From Opitutales bacterium (GTDB lineage Bacteria; Verrucomicrobiota; Verrucomicrobiia; Opitutales; PNEW01), in NCBI GenBank assembly GCA_965197745.1, contig CBDANS010000007.1, positions 1,312,001 to 1,376,000 of the forward strand: a stretch of DNA of 64,000 nt, read 5' to 3'. The stretch's first letter is position 1. Every line of letters starts with the position of its first letter. Shown one piece after another: positions 10,046-19,571 of this stretch. The notes beneath the pieces were generated by a model that was not told where the DNA came from, did not search any database, and worked only from the letters and a program-made list of their open reading frames with translations. A program made the translations under genes and the position numbers.

Positions 10046-11440
10046 ATGCCACATCATTATAAAACAATTTCAGAAGTCGCAGGACAAATAGAGTCGAAAC
10101 ATATTTCACCCGTGGAGTTGACGACTGAATTGCTGGTGCGTATAGACCAACTGGATGGTCAATTGAAAAGTTACGTCACGGTCATGGGTGACCGTGCAAT
10201 GACTGTCGCGAGGAAGTTAGAAGAAGAAATAACAGCTAGCAGATACCGCGGCCCACTCCACGGAATCCCAATCGCAGTTAAAGATCTATACTATACGAAG
10301 AGCATCCGAACGATGGGTGGGAGCAATGTGCTGTCATATCACATTCCAGACTTTGATTCCACGGTGGTTGAGAGACTGGAATTGGCCGGGGCCGTCTTGC
10401 TGGGAAAACTCAACCTTAATGAGGGAGCGATGGGCGGTTACCACACTGAATACGGCATGCCTCTCAATCCCTGGAATACGGAAAGAACGACGGGCGGTTC
10501 ATCCAGCGGTTCAGGAGTGGCAACCGCGGCATGTCTATGTTTTGGATCGCTTGGTAGCGATACCGGCGGCTCCATTCGCTTTCCATCTGCCCTTTGCGGA
10601 ACGGTTGGTCTAAAACCCACTTGGGGAAGAGTAAGTCGCTATGGGGTGTTGGCTCTCGCAGAATCGCTGGACCATGTGGGTCCCCTCACGAGAAGCACTG
10701 CCGACGCCGGTATCATGCTTCAGGCCATCGCTGGATATGACCCGAATGATCCCACCTCCCTGACCGCTCCAGTACCAGACATGCTCGAAAATTTAGACCA
10801 AGGCGTAAAGGGTGTCGTTATCGGTTTTGATGAAGAATATGCAAGCAGAGACGTTGATCCCGAGACCGCTGAGGCAGTGTCAAATGGGGTTAAGATCCTG
10901 GAAGATCTTGGCGCTGAAATTGTCAATGTACACATGCCTGACATGGATCAGTATGTGGAAGCGTGGTCTATATTATGTTCAGCAGAGGCGGTTGCGGCCC
11001 ACGATGCGACCTACCCCTCCCAAAGAAAAGATTATGGTCCAAAGTTTTTAAGTTGGCTCGACAGAGGCGCAAAAGTCACGGGAGCGGAGTACGCCAAAGC
11101 AAATAATTTACGCGCAACCTGCACGGGCTATCTCCGATATGTCTTTGAGCAAATTGATGTCCTGGCCTGTCCTTCGGTGATGAATCCGGCACAGCCGTTT
11201 GATTTAGAAGAATCCAGTAAACCAGTGCCAGAAAAATTTGATCCTGTGAGACAACGATTCACGGTGCCGTTCAACTTCAACGGCGCACCCACTCTATCTC
11301 TGCCCTGTGGCATGGACAGTGAAGGGTTACCGTTGAGTCTTCAGTTCGTAGCCAAGCACTTATCAGAACCATTACTCTGTCAAGTTGGTCACGCATATGA
11401 ACAGGCGACCGAATGGCATAGGTTACATCCCAATATTTGA
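10046..11440 (+). CDS. Amidase signature family enzyme
   Basis: GPLHGIPIAVKD, GGSSSGS, GSDTGGSIRFP, GLKPT. Confidence 0.93.
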   Translation: MPHHYKTISEVAGQIESKHISPVELTTELLVRIDQLDGQLKSYVTVMGDRAMTVARKLEEEITASRYRGPLHGIPIAVKDLYYTKSIRTMGGSNVLSYHIPDFDSTVVERLELAGAVLLGKLNLNEGAMGGYHTEYGMPLNPWNTERTTGGSSSGSGVATAACLCFGSLGSDTGGSIRFPSALCGTVGLKPTWGRVSRYGVLALAESLDHVGPLTRSTADAGIMLQAIAGYDPNDPTSLTAPVPDMLENLDQGVKGVVIGFDEEYASRDVDPETAEAVSNGVKILEDLGAEIVNVHMPDMDQYVEAWSILCSAEAVAAHDATYPSQRKDYGPKFLSWLDRGAKVTGAEYAKANNLRATCTGYLRYVFEQIDVLACPSVMNPAQPFDLEESSKPVPEKFDPVRQRFTVPFNFNGAPTLSLPCGMDSEGLPLSLQFVAKHLSEPLLCQVGHAYEQATEWHRLHPNI

Positions 11441-11583
11441 AATTTCGTTATTTGATAATTTATACTATTGCATAGCAGTGTATTCAAGTCGCTAACCCTA
11501 ACCTATAATATCACTATTAATGAATAGCGCTCAGAACTAAAACTGACCCCTCCCTGGATTATAGCTGACTGGATACGATTCAA

Positions 11584-11702
11584 TTAAGCCAGTTCAATGC
11601 GTTTAATCACATGCTTTAAAACCCATTCACCGACAATGGTGTCTCTCTGAGCGAAAAAAAATTTCGGATCGGTGGGATGAGCGTGTCCAGATCGGGATCT
11701 CG
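11584..11702 (-). pseudogene. 3'-terminal remnant of a paralog of the 12742-14688 sulfatase
   Basis: Minus strand reads RDPDLDTLIPPIR/.../QRDTIVGEWVLKHVIKRIELA*, versus RDPDLDTLIPPIRSNFISQKDTIVGERVLKRAIRRIDLA* in the intact gene; one base is lost at an A8 run. Confidence 0.88.
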
Positions 11703-11756
11703 AGTCAGCGTTGTTTCGTATCGCGAGGGTGTAGCTGTCTGAACATCCTTCCAGCG

Positions 11757-12512
11757 CTACAGCCGGTGGCTGTCAGCAGCGTGTTTTGCTCCGAGCCCAT
11801 TCTTCATACGCATGAGCTGCCTTTGGCGTTCGGTCAGTTGGTCGAACCATTCTTCCGGGAATTCGTCGTGCGGATCGACCTGGAAAACGAGCATCCTTTT
11901 CCTGTAGTGGCCGAAGAGTGCGTGACGATTCTTGTCTCCGGTATTCCAGCCCCCACCGTGCCAGGTCTGGCCATTGAATACGAGCACACTTCCAATCGGC
12001 GCGATCGCCTCGGCGACGTGTTTCAGCTCCAGTCCTTCTGGCGGCGCGGCAAGGCCGCTCTTGTGTGAGCCGGGTACTGCACGGGTCGCACCAATCTCCG
12101 AAGTAAATTCATCCAGCATCCATACCGTGTTCATCATCACGGGTGACGCCATGTTCAGCATTTCGGCCGAGATATCGCTGTGCAGTTCCTGGTAGCCGTC
12201 GCCGGGTCGTACGATTCTCGCATTCAGGCTTCCCAGGATCATGGATTCACCCAGGTAGTGTTCCAGGACCGGTAGTATTTTGGGATGGTCGATTGTTTTG
12301 AAGAAGACAGGATCGAGCGTTGGGAGGTTTGAGACATGTCGTGCCGATCCCCGATGGCTGTGTTCAGTTCCGACTTCCTTGTCGCAGCGAATCAAAGCTT
12401 CGCGCATTTCGACCGCCTGATCTTTCGTCAGAACGCGTTCGAGGATAGTGAAACCGTAAAGGTCGATTTCGAGTAATGCTTTTTCTGTTTCTGTCATGGG
12501 TCTCAAGCTCAA
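11757..12512 (-). CDS. PhyH family dioxygenase
   Basis: LHSD, GATRAVPGSH, WHGGG.N. Confidence 0.9.
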   Translation of the reverse strand: MSLRPMTETEKALLEIDLYGFTILERVLTKDQAVEMREALIRCDKEVGTEHSHRGSARHVSNLPTLDPVFFKTIDHPKILPVLEHYLGESMILGSLNARIVRPGDGYQELHSDISAEMLNMASPVMMNTVWMLDEFTSEIGATRAVPGSHKSGLAAPPEGLELKHVAEAIAPIGSVLVFNGQTWHGGGWNTGDKNRHALFGHYRKRMLVFQVDPHDEFPEEWFDQLTERQRQLMRMKNGLGAKHAADSHRL

Positions 12513-12741
12513 ATTGAAAGCGTTAACACGATCAAAAAAGAATTCGCTCTTGGGCCGGTTGAGACATGCGCCCGTTGAGGCAGATCTGAACTGGTGGTTT
12601 CATAGTGATTCATTGCGAGACTATGGTGATTCAGAAAGGGGTCATGTCGATCTTTTTGTAATTACTTGGCATCGACTGTGTTTGATCGAAACAATGCCTT
12701 ATATTTTATAAAGAGTAAGGCCGAATAGCTAAGGTTCACAA

Positions 12742-14688
12742 TCAAGCGAGATCGATTCTTCTGATCGCCCGCTTCAGAACCCTTTCACCGACGATGGTGT
12801 CTTTCTGGGAGATGAAATTACTACGGATGGGTGGGATGAGCGTGTCCAGGTCCGGATCGCGGTCGCCATAGCATGAAGGGTTCTTGATTGCTGCCTCCAA
12901 GGCGGGTATCAAGGTCCTCATTTTTGACAATGTCTCCCGACCATAGAAGGTGAGATTGGCACCGGCTCGACACCGCACCCAGAGAAGATCACTTTCTAAC
13001 GCTCGGGTGAAGGCCACGATAGCTTTCTCGGGATGTTCGAATCGACAGAGTGCGTCTCCTGCGGCGAGGCTCACACCGAGTGATTCGTCATTAACGAGAG
13101 AGGTGAGCTTGTGAATGGTCGCGTCGTCCCCATCGAATGACATCAGCCCGGTCACAGCCCAGTAACGGACCGCATTGTCGGGGTCATCCAGGCGTTCGAT
13201 CAGGATAACCCTGCCTTCCTCACCCAAACGGGAGAGATCGGCGGTCTCCAGTATGCGTTCAAAATTCTGACAGCGAGCGCCCACTTCGTAGTTCACGCCA
13301 CCGTATTCTGCGGCTCTGACGATCATTTCTGTTTCATCAAATAGGCCCAGATCCCGTGTTTCGATCATCCAGGTAAATAAAATATTCCTCATCCGATCAC
13401 TGACCTCCTGGAATTCTGGATTGCCAGCGAGGTTGTTAACTGCTTCCGGGTCCTTCTTGAGATCATACAATTCCTCGAACGGTTTAGAATCCTGCCAGAT
13501 GAGATACTCGGAGTAGGGTTCGGGAATAGGCATCAAAAACACGCCATCGGGATCATGTATCTTATGCTCCCCCGGATAACAGGAGGTATCCCAGAAAGCG
13601 TACTCGGGCGTACCCTCGGTTGGAATCTCCCTGAAGAATCCGCCGTCTGGAAAGATTGATCCGTAGGGACGGTGCGGAAGGAAGTTGCGAATGTAGCGAT
13701 ATCGTCGGTCTCTCACCGTGCGGATCATCTCATTGCAGTTGTCCAAGCGGTCACGCGCACCACAGACAAATTCGCGTGGCTGTATTTTTTCAGGTCCGAG
13801 AAATGCTTTGCCCTGGAAATGATCGGGAATCGGCACACCGGCCATGCTGAGAACCGTGGGTCCCATATCCATTGTCATTGTTAAGTCTTCTATGACCGTC
13901 CCTGGAGCGCCGGGCGCGTAATGCTGATACGCTTTGGGTAATCTGACAATCAGAGGAACGCGCAAACCATCATCATAGGCGTGGGTCTTCCCGCGGGGAT
14001 AACCCGTTCCATGATCTGTCCAGAAAAAGACAATAGTGTTCTCGGACAGGTTGCATTCATCGAGCTTCGACAACACTTCACCGACATGGTAATCGACCTG
14101 GGTGAGGGTGTCGTAGAAGAGAGCGGTCCTCTCACGCGCGAGCGGTGTGTCGGGCACAAAACTCGGAATCGGGGCACTTTTGGGTTCGTGCAGTTCATCG
14201 GTTCTCAAGAGGTTTGACCGTTCGTTTCGAACCTGTTCAGGGGTCATCTTGTAGGTACTGGCGTGCGATTCCTTAAAACTGTAGATAGCAAAAAACGGTT
14301 TACCATTCGCTCCTTCTTCGAGCAGGGCATCGTTGTCCAGGTACTGCTCCCATTCGGTCGGGTCAATCGGGGTGTTGAGATCGGTGTTGATGAGCGAGCT
14401 GCGATAGCCCGCATCTCCCAGGTAGTGAGTCAGCATTTTGATGAAGTCGGGTCGGATCGCGAAACTGCGATGATGATGGGTGCCGACCGTCGTCTGATGC
14501 ATCGCCGTAAAGATGCTTGTGCGGGCAGGGGAGCAGATCGGTCCGGACGCGAACGCGTTGCTGTATCGAATCCCTTCCTCCGCGAGTGTGTCGATGTAAG
14601 GCGTAGTCGCGTATGTATTCCCGTAGCAACCAAGACTGTTGGCGCTCACGTCATGGGTGTTGATCCAAAGAAAATTCGGGTGTGCCAT
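12742..14688 (-). CDS. Sulfatase with C-terminal HEAT-like repeats
   Basis: PNFLWINTHD, CSPAR, TDHG, EELYDLKKDP; C-terminal DPDNAVRYWA-type helical repeats; ATG at 14688. Confidence 0.9.
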   Translation of the reverse strand: MAHPNFLWINTHDVSANSLGCYGNTYATTPYIDTLAEEGIRYSNAFASGPICSPARTSIFTAMHQTTVGTHHHRSFAIRPDFIKMLTHYLGDAGYRSSLINTDLNTPIDPTEWEQYLDNDALLEEGANGKPFFAIYSFKESHASTYKMTPEQVRNERSNLLRTDELHEPKSAPIPSFVPDTPLARERTALFYDTLTQVDYHVGEVLSKLDECNLSENTIVFFWTDHGTGYPRGKTHAYDDGLRVPLIVRLPKAYQHYAPGAPGTVIEDLTMTMDMGPTVLSMAGVPIPDHFQGKAFLGPEKIQPREFVCGARDRLDNCNEMIRTVRDRRYRYIRNFLPHRPYGSIFPDGGFFREIPTEGTPEYAFWDTSCYPGEHKIHDPDGVFLMPIPEPYSEYLIWQDSKPFEELYDLKKDPEAVNNLAGNPEFQEVSDRMRNILFTWMIETRDLGLFDETEMIVRAAEYGGVNYEVGARCQNFERILETADLSRLGEEGRVILIERLDDPDNAVRYWAVTGLMSFDGDDATIHKLTSLVNDESLGVSLAAGDALCRFEHPEKAIVAFTRALESDLLWVRCRAGANLTFYGRETLSKMRTLIPALEAAIKNPSCYGDRDPDLDTLIPPIRSNFISQKDTIVGERVLKRAIRRIDLA

Positions 14689-14776
14689 TCGAGACCTTAA
14701 CATTATAATAGAATACGCAGGGGGTGAAGTTTGATGGAATACCGACAACCGGGTGATTCAACTTCGTTATTAATAA

Positions 14777-14800
14777 GGGAATTATATACTTATTGCCCCA
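14777..14800. mobile_element. Probable terminal inverted repeat of an IS1595-family (ISNwi1-like) element; only one end seen
   Basis: GGGAATTATATACTT fits the ggnnatTAT end described for this subgroup, follows an AT-rich flank, and marks the start of a visibly AT-rich block. Confidence 0.45.
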
Positions 14801-14810
14801 AAAGGAGGTA

Positions 14811-14948
14811 TTACCTGCTTATTTTCCATTTCCTTTTAAGCTCTTTGATTGGAGGTGTTTGCTTTGGTTGCTTAGGCAGTGCCGTTGGTTTGTAGGCTCC
14901 GATGGCTTTGACTGCTCCGGCTAGGGTTTTCTCTTGTTTTGTTTTCAT
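14811..14948 (-). CDS. Small basic protein, 45 aa (MKTKQEKTLAGAVKAIGAYKPTALPKQPKQTPPIKELKRKWKISR)
   Basis: Clean ATG-TAA ORF starting 20 nt after the R-M gene stop on the same strand; below the ORF-track cutoff. Confidence 0.45.
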   Translation of the reverse strand: MKTKQEKTLAGAVKAIGAYKPTALPKQPKQTPPIKELKRKWKISR

Positions 14949-14967
14949 TGTAGTATCGGGATTTTAT

Positions 14968-17363
14968 TTATTTGGGTGGTTTTGCCCCTAAAAACCGTTT
15001 TTGTGAACTTAGAGACTCAACATCAAATTTGTTGTGCAGTTCTCTTGAGATCGCGCTTATTCCATCCTTCGCCCTTTTTTCTGCTTCCCAATGCTCCATT
15101 ACTCTCTGTCCGATAGCTTCTCTTTGACTTGGATGCAATAATGGAACTTGGACTGTGCAAATCTTATCCCATTTTACTGTTTGCCTACCCATCCCGATTG
15201 CAGAGGTAAGAAATTCTGCACGAATTTCTGTTGTTCTTAGAATAGACCATAAATAAAGGGAATCTTCTATATTATTCGCACGTGTAACGATGTAACTATT
15301 TGATGCTACCGCGCCATCAATTTCCTCTGTTGCATAACCCATTGCACCTTGAAAAGTATTATAACTCGAAAATATCAGGTCCCCAGTATGTACTACCGTC
15401 ATTTTTTTATAGTTAATATTTCGTCCAGCTCGCTTTTCTTTTATATAACACCTGCCCGAGTACGTGATTTCGAGTATTCTGAATTCCTTGTTTGGATTAT
15501 CTTTTGGCATTACAGTATCATTTTGGGGTGTCAACAGCTCGCCGAGCGAACTAACCTCGTAACTTCCCTTTTCCCAGCGTTCAATCATCCGGCCTCTCAT
15601 ATCCACACATGACTTAACGTCCAAGCGATCGTTCAGGTTTGCTGTTTGGACGAACCACTCACCCTTTTCGCCCTTTCTGTATCTTTTATAGAGCTCCAGA
15701 ATTGTTTTGATTTCTTCCCTTGCCAATTCACGAGCACTTTTCACCTTTTCTGGATTAGTTGTGATTGGCATATCATCTACACCTAATCTAATAGAAGAGT
15801 ACATAAATGCAGCTGGTTGGTCATCATCCGGATATTTTTTCTTTTGTAAATATACTAAAGCAGTTTTGACCCTGGCTTTCGCCATCTGAAATGCATCACC
15901 ATGCAATGAGATCACAGCTCGAATGATAAACTTTTCTCGGATGAAATCTCTCAGGTAAGAATATTGTCCTGAAGATAATACAGTTTCATCCAAAACAGTG
16001 ATCAGTTTGCCCCCTGGTCGTAGTAAATCGCAATATCGTTCGATAAAAAGTGCACTTCCTCTTAGTCGTGTTCTCGGGGGTTTTGTTTTATATTGGGTTA
16101 GGTTGTATTGCTCAAGTATATGTTTTTGAGACTCATTCTTTTCCTCGTACCACATTGAGAAAGGGGGATTGGTTAAAACAACATCAAAAGAACTGGGACC
16201 AAACTCATGCTTCATTTCCTCAATTTCCCGTTGTAGTTCCCGCGGATCAGTTTTATCGACCTGAATATTTTTTATCAAACCGTCCGCAAAATAGATATGG
16301 CTGCCTCCATCCCCATGCAGATACATATTTATCCTTGATATCTTTGCCAGATTTGGCTCGGATGCCGCATCTATTCCAAATATCTTTTCATTGCAAATTA
16401 CCTCTATTAATTTCTTTTTTTCTTGAATCGAGTAAGAATCATTCTCACGAATATTGTTTCTCATAATTGACATGGCTTCTATCAAGAATCCACCTGTCCC
16501 ACAGCTACCATCTAAAACCTTTTCAATATAATTTGAATCTGTCCTCAATTCAGCCAATTCGGTAGCAAGTAAAACAATGCTTCGTGGTGTAAAATATTGC
16601 CCCAATGCCTGACCTCGCATTGTCGCATTCAAAAAGGTCTCAAACAACCTCCCATTTAAATCTTCATCGATTCCGTAAAGATCTATTTTTTCAAGTTTTT
16701 TTACAATTCCTTTAATTGTTGTAGGCTTCAACTCAATCTGTTCATTCTGATCAAAAATTCTCTTTTTATTCCGTTTGTCTATATCGTCTTCAATATGTGT
16801 TATCAGGTTCTTGAAAGAGATATCGTTTACCGGGGAGCCGTGGTCTTTCTCTCTGGATTCTATCCACAAAATTGAGAAAGTATTAGCAGATTGCGGGACA
16901 AGTAACTTACCTGAATAATCGGGACGAAAATTCTCGTGCAAAATTCTATCGTTCCACAATTTAAGGAATATCAACTTTACGAACTCTGTAAATGCCGATA
17001 GTGGGCCCCTTTTCTCGGTATTCCAAATATACTTGTGACAGTTTATAAAGACTTTTTGTGCTTCTTCTTTATGAATCTTACGTAATAGAATATTTCTACC
17101 TGGATCAGGTGCCCCCAGTCCTTTTTTAAACGTATCAACACAGATAATATTCCTAAGTTTCTCATAGAGTTCACCTCCTAAATAGAAATCCTCAAAACCA
17201 AGCTCAAGTATTGCATTTGCTTGATCCCATACAAACAGTCCTGTTTTGAGACCATTTGATAATAAAAAATAGTGTACTGTTTTATTTTTCTGATTCAATT
17301 TGAGGCAATAATGAGCGCACTGATCAATCCAATCGTAGATATTTTCAGAAGGAGACTTTGCAT
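14968..17363 (-). pseudogene. Type IIG-like restriction-modification fusion (nuclease remnant + amino-methyltransferase + specificity region), 5'-truncated by IS3
   Basis: GQYFTP, DGSCGTGGF (SAM binding), NPPF (catalytic) and an HsdS-like C-terminus; the frame stays open to the IS junction and reads AKSPSENIYDWIDQCAHY...LSNG, typical of an HsdR-N-like nuclease domain. Confidence 0.85.
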
Positions 17364-18714
17364 TGGAGTGACCCCCAAAAATGGTATCATTAACAGAGAG
17401 AGGTTATCGGGATAAACAGATAACCTCAATGAAAAGAAAAAGATATACAACAGAACAGATCATAGCAATACTGCGGCAGCCCGATACGGGCAAAACCGTG
17501 CAGGAAGTCTGCCACGGCAACAACCTAAGTGAACAGACCTTCTATCGCTGGGGCAAAAAGTATGGCAACTTGGAGCTGGCTGATGCGAAGCGATTTAAAG
17601 AGCTGGAAAAGGAGAATACGGAGCTGAAGAAGATGCTCGCTGATCAAATGCTCAAGCTTCGGGTGTTGGAGGAAACGCTCTCAAAAAAATGGTGAGCCCA
17701 AAGCAGAAGAAGCGAGCAGTAAAAGATGCGGCTGAGAAGGGGCTGTGCTCGTTTTAGAGGGCTTGTGCTTATCTCAGCCTCAGTTGGTCAACGTACAGCT
17801 ACCGACCCAAGCAGGCCAGTAAGAAGGCTCAGCAATTGGCCGAGCGGATTTTGACCTTGTCCTGGGAACATCCCCGTTACGGTTACCGGCGCATTCGTGC
17901 CTTGCTGGTGAAAGAAGGTTGGGCGGCAAGCAGGAAATTTGTACAGGCAGTGCGACGTTCTTCGGGCTTACAGGTAAAGCCCCCGAAAAAGCGTAGACAC
18001 CGTCAGGGGATCTCTACTGGGCTCCCTACTAAAGCAACCGGTCGCAATCACGTCTGGTCCTGGGACTTTGTCCATGATCGTACAGACAATGGCGGTATGC
18101 TAAAGATGATGACCTTGATCGATGTACCGAGGAGCTGAAAGCGACGACACTCAAGCGAAGCGAAGACATATACGCGTAAATGTTTACGCATCCGGGTAGC
18201 TCGACAGCTCACCTCAACCGATGTTCTCTCGGTACTCAGCGAAACCATCGATGAAGAGGGAGTTCCTAGCTATATCCGCAGTGACAACGGCAGTGTTCCG
18301 AGGAGCGAAGCGACGACATGCGAAGCCATTCATTGCTCATCAGGTGCAGCAGTGGTTGTCCGACAAAAAGATCAAGGCGATATATATCGATCCGGGCAGT
18401 CCCTGGCAAAACGGTTTCATCGAGTCGTTTCACAACCGCTTACGCGATGAGTGTTTGAACCGTGAAGTGTTGCTCAGCGTGGCTGAAGCGCAAGTGCTAA
18501 TAGAACAATGGCGTCAGACCTATAACAATGAACATCCCCACAGTCGATTAGGCTTTAAAAGCCCACAAGAGTTTGTCACATTCCTTTCCGCTCTTGGCCG
18601 CGTTCGGGCTACGCCCTCACTGCGCCAAGATCTCTCATATACATCAATCCTAAAACCATTAATACCCGGTAACTCTCTCACATAATAATTGGTACGAAAA
18701 ACGGGGTCCAATCA
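17364..18714 (+). mobile_element. IS3-family element, type 2, copy D (defective)
   Basis: TG...CA imperfect IRs; orfA from 17429 (MKRKRYTTEQ); A7 frameshift site; orfB with WSWDF, SDNG and PWQNGFIESF; TAG at 17755-17757 and two hairpin inserts. Confidence 0.95.
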
Positions 18715-19535
18715 CAAGGAGTCATGAAGTTGGTGTTTCCGCTGTTTGTGAGAAATACAAAGCCGACGGCGCTATTGTCTCCGAGCCTACTGCGGCTCAA
18801 ATGCCTTTGGCGGTCATGCCCGTTACCTCGGGGCTGATTTGGTTTACGATAACGTGCCGGGGGAAAGCCAGTCATGCTTCGATGAGAAATGAAATGGTTC
18901 GAGCCGGGGGAAAGGGTTCAGAAATTGCTGTCAGCGCCATTGAGAAAGGTGTTTTCATTATGAATACCCTGTGCCGGCTTGAAGAGCAGTGGGGCCAAAG
19001 CAAGAAGCATCCGCTTTTCCGGCCAGGACACTTTACTCTTCATCCGGGCGTGATTACGGGGTGTCCGAACGGGGTCTTGATTCCCTTCCTCATATCTGAA
19101 TTTTGCACCATTGAATACGCTGTCTGGTACCCGCCTCAAGAAAATGAGGAAGACATCCAGAAAGAGATAGCGGAATACATAACCAAAGCCTGTCAAGTGG
19201 ATCCCTGGCTATGTGAAAACCCTCCTGAAATCAGTTTCAATCTCCATTGGCCACCGTCTGAGGTTCCATCAAACCACCCGATCGTCCAGGCTTGTGTCGA
19301 TGCGCACAACGAGGCTATAAGCCCAAAGGCAGTGGATGAAAGAGATTTAATTCAAGGGTTTGCGGCGGTTTGCGATGCCGCGTTTCTCAATATATCGGGA
19401 ACCCCATCGGTCATTTACGGCCCTGGCAATTTGCTGCAAGCTCACGCCGTTGATGAATATGTTCATATCGAGGAATTAATAACCGCCACCAAAACCTTTG
19501 CCCTTGCCGCCATGGACTGGTGTGGTTATGAATAA
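18715..19535 (+). pseudogene. ArgE/DapE (M20) family deacylase, 5'-truncated by IS3
   Basis: ADGAIVSEPT, GKASHAS, YGPG...AHAVDEY; the frame is open back to the IS end and the N-terminal metal-binding motifs are missing. Confidence 0.85.
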
Positions 19536-19571
19536 TTTGTCCAAATATAACTCTATTCGGGGACTTAATTT

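Noticed and set aside
10046..11440. gatA
   Set aside because: No adjacent gatC or gatB, and the catabolic context fits a generic amidase-signature enzyme.
18125..18327. Inserts as translational-bypass or self-splicing elements
   Set aside because: There are no matching take-off and landing codons, they are too short for a known intron class, and the affected copies carry other inactivating lesions. RNA-level excision cannot be formally excluded.
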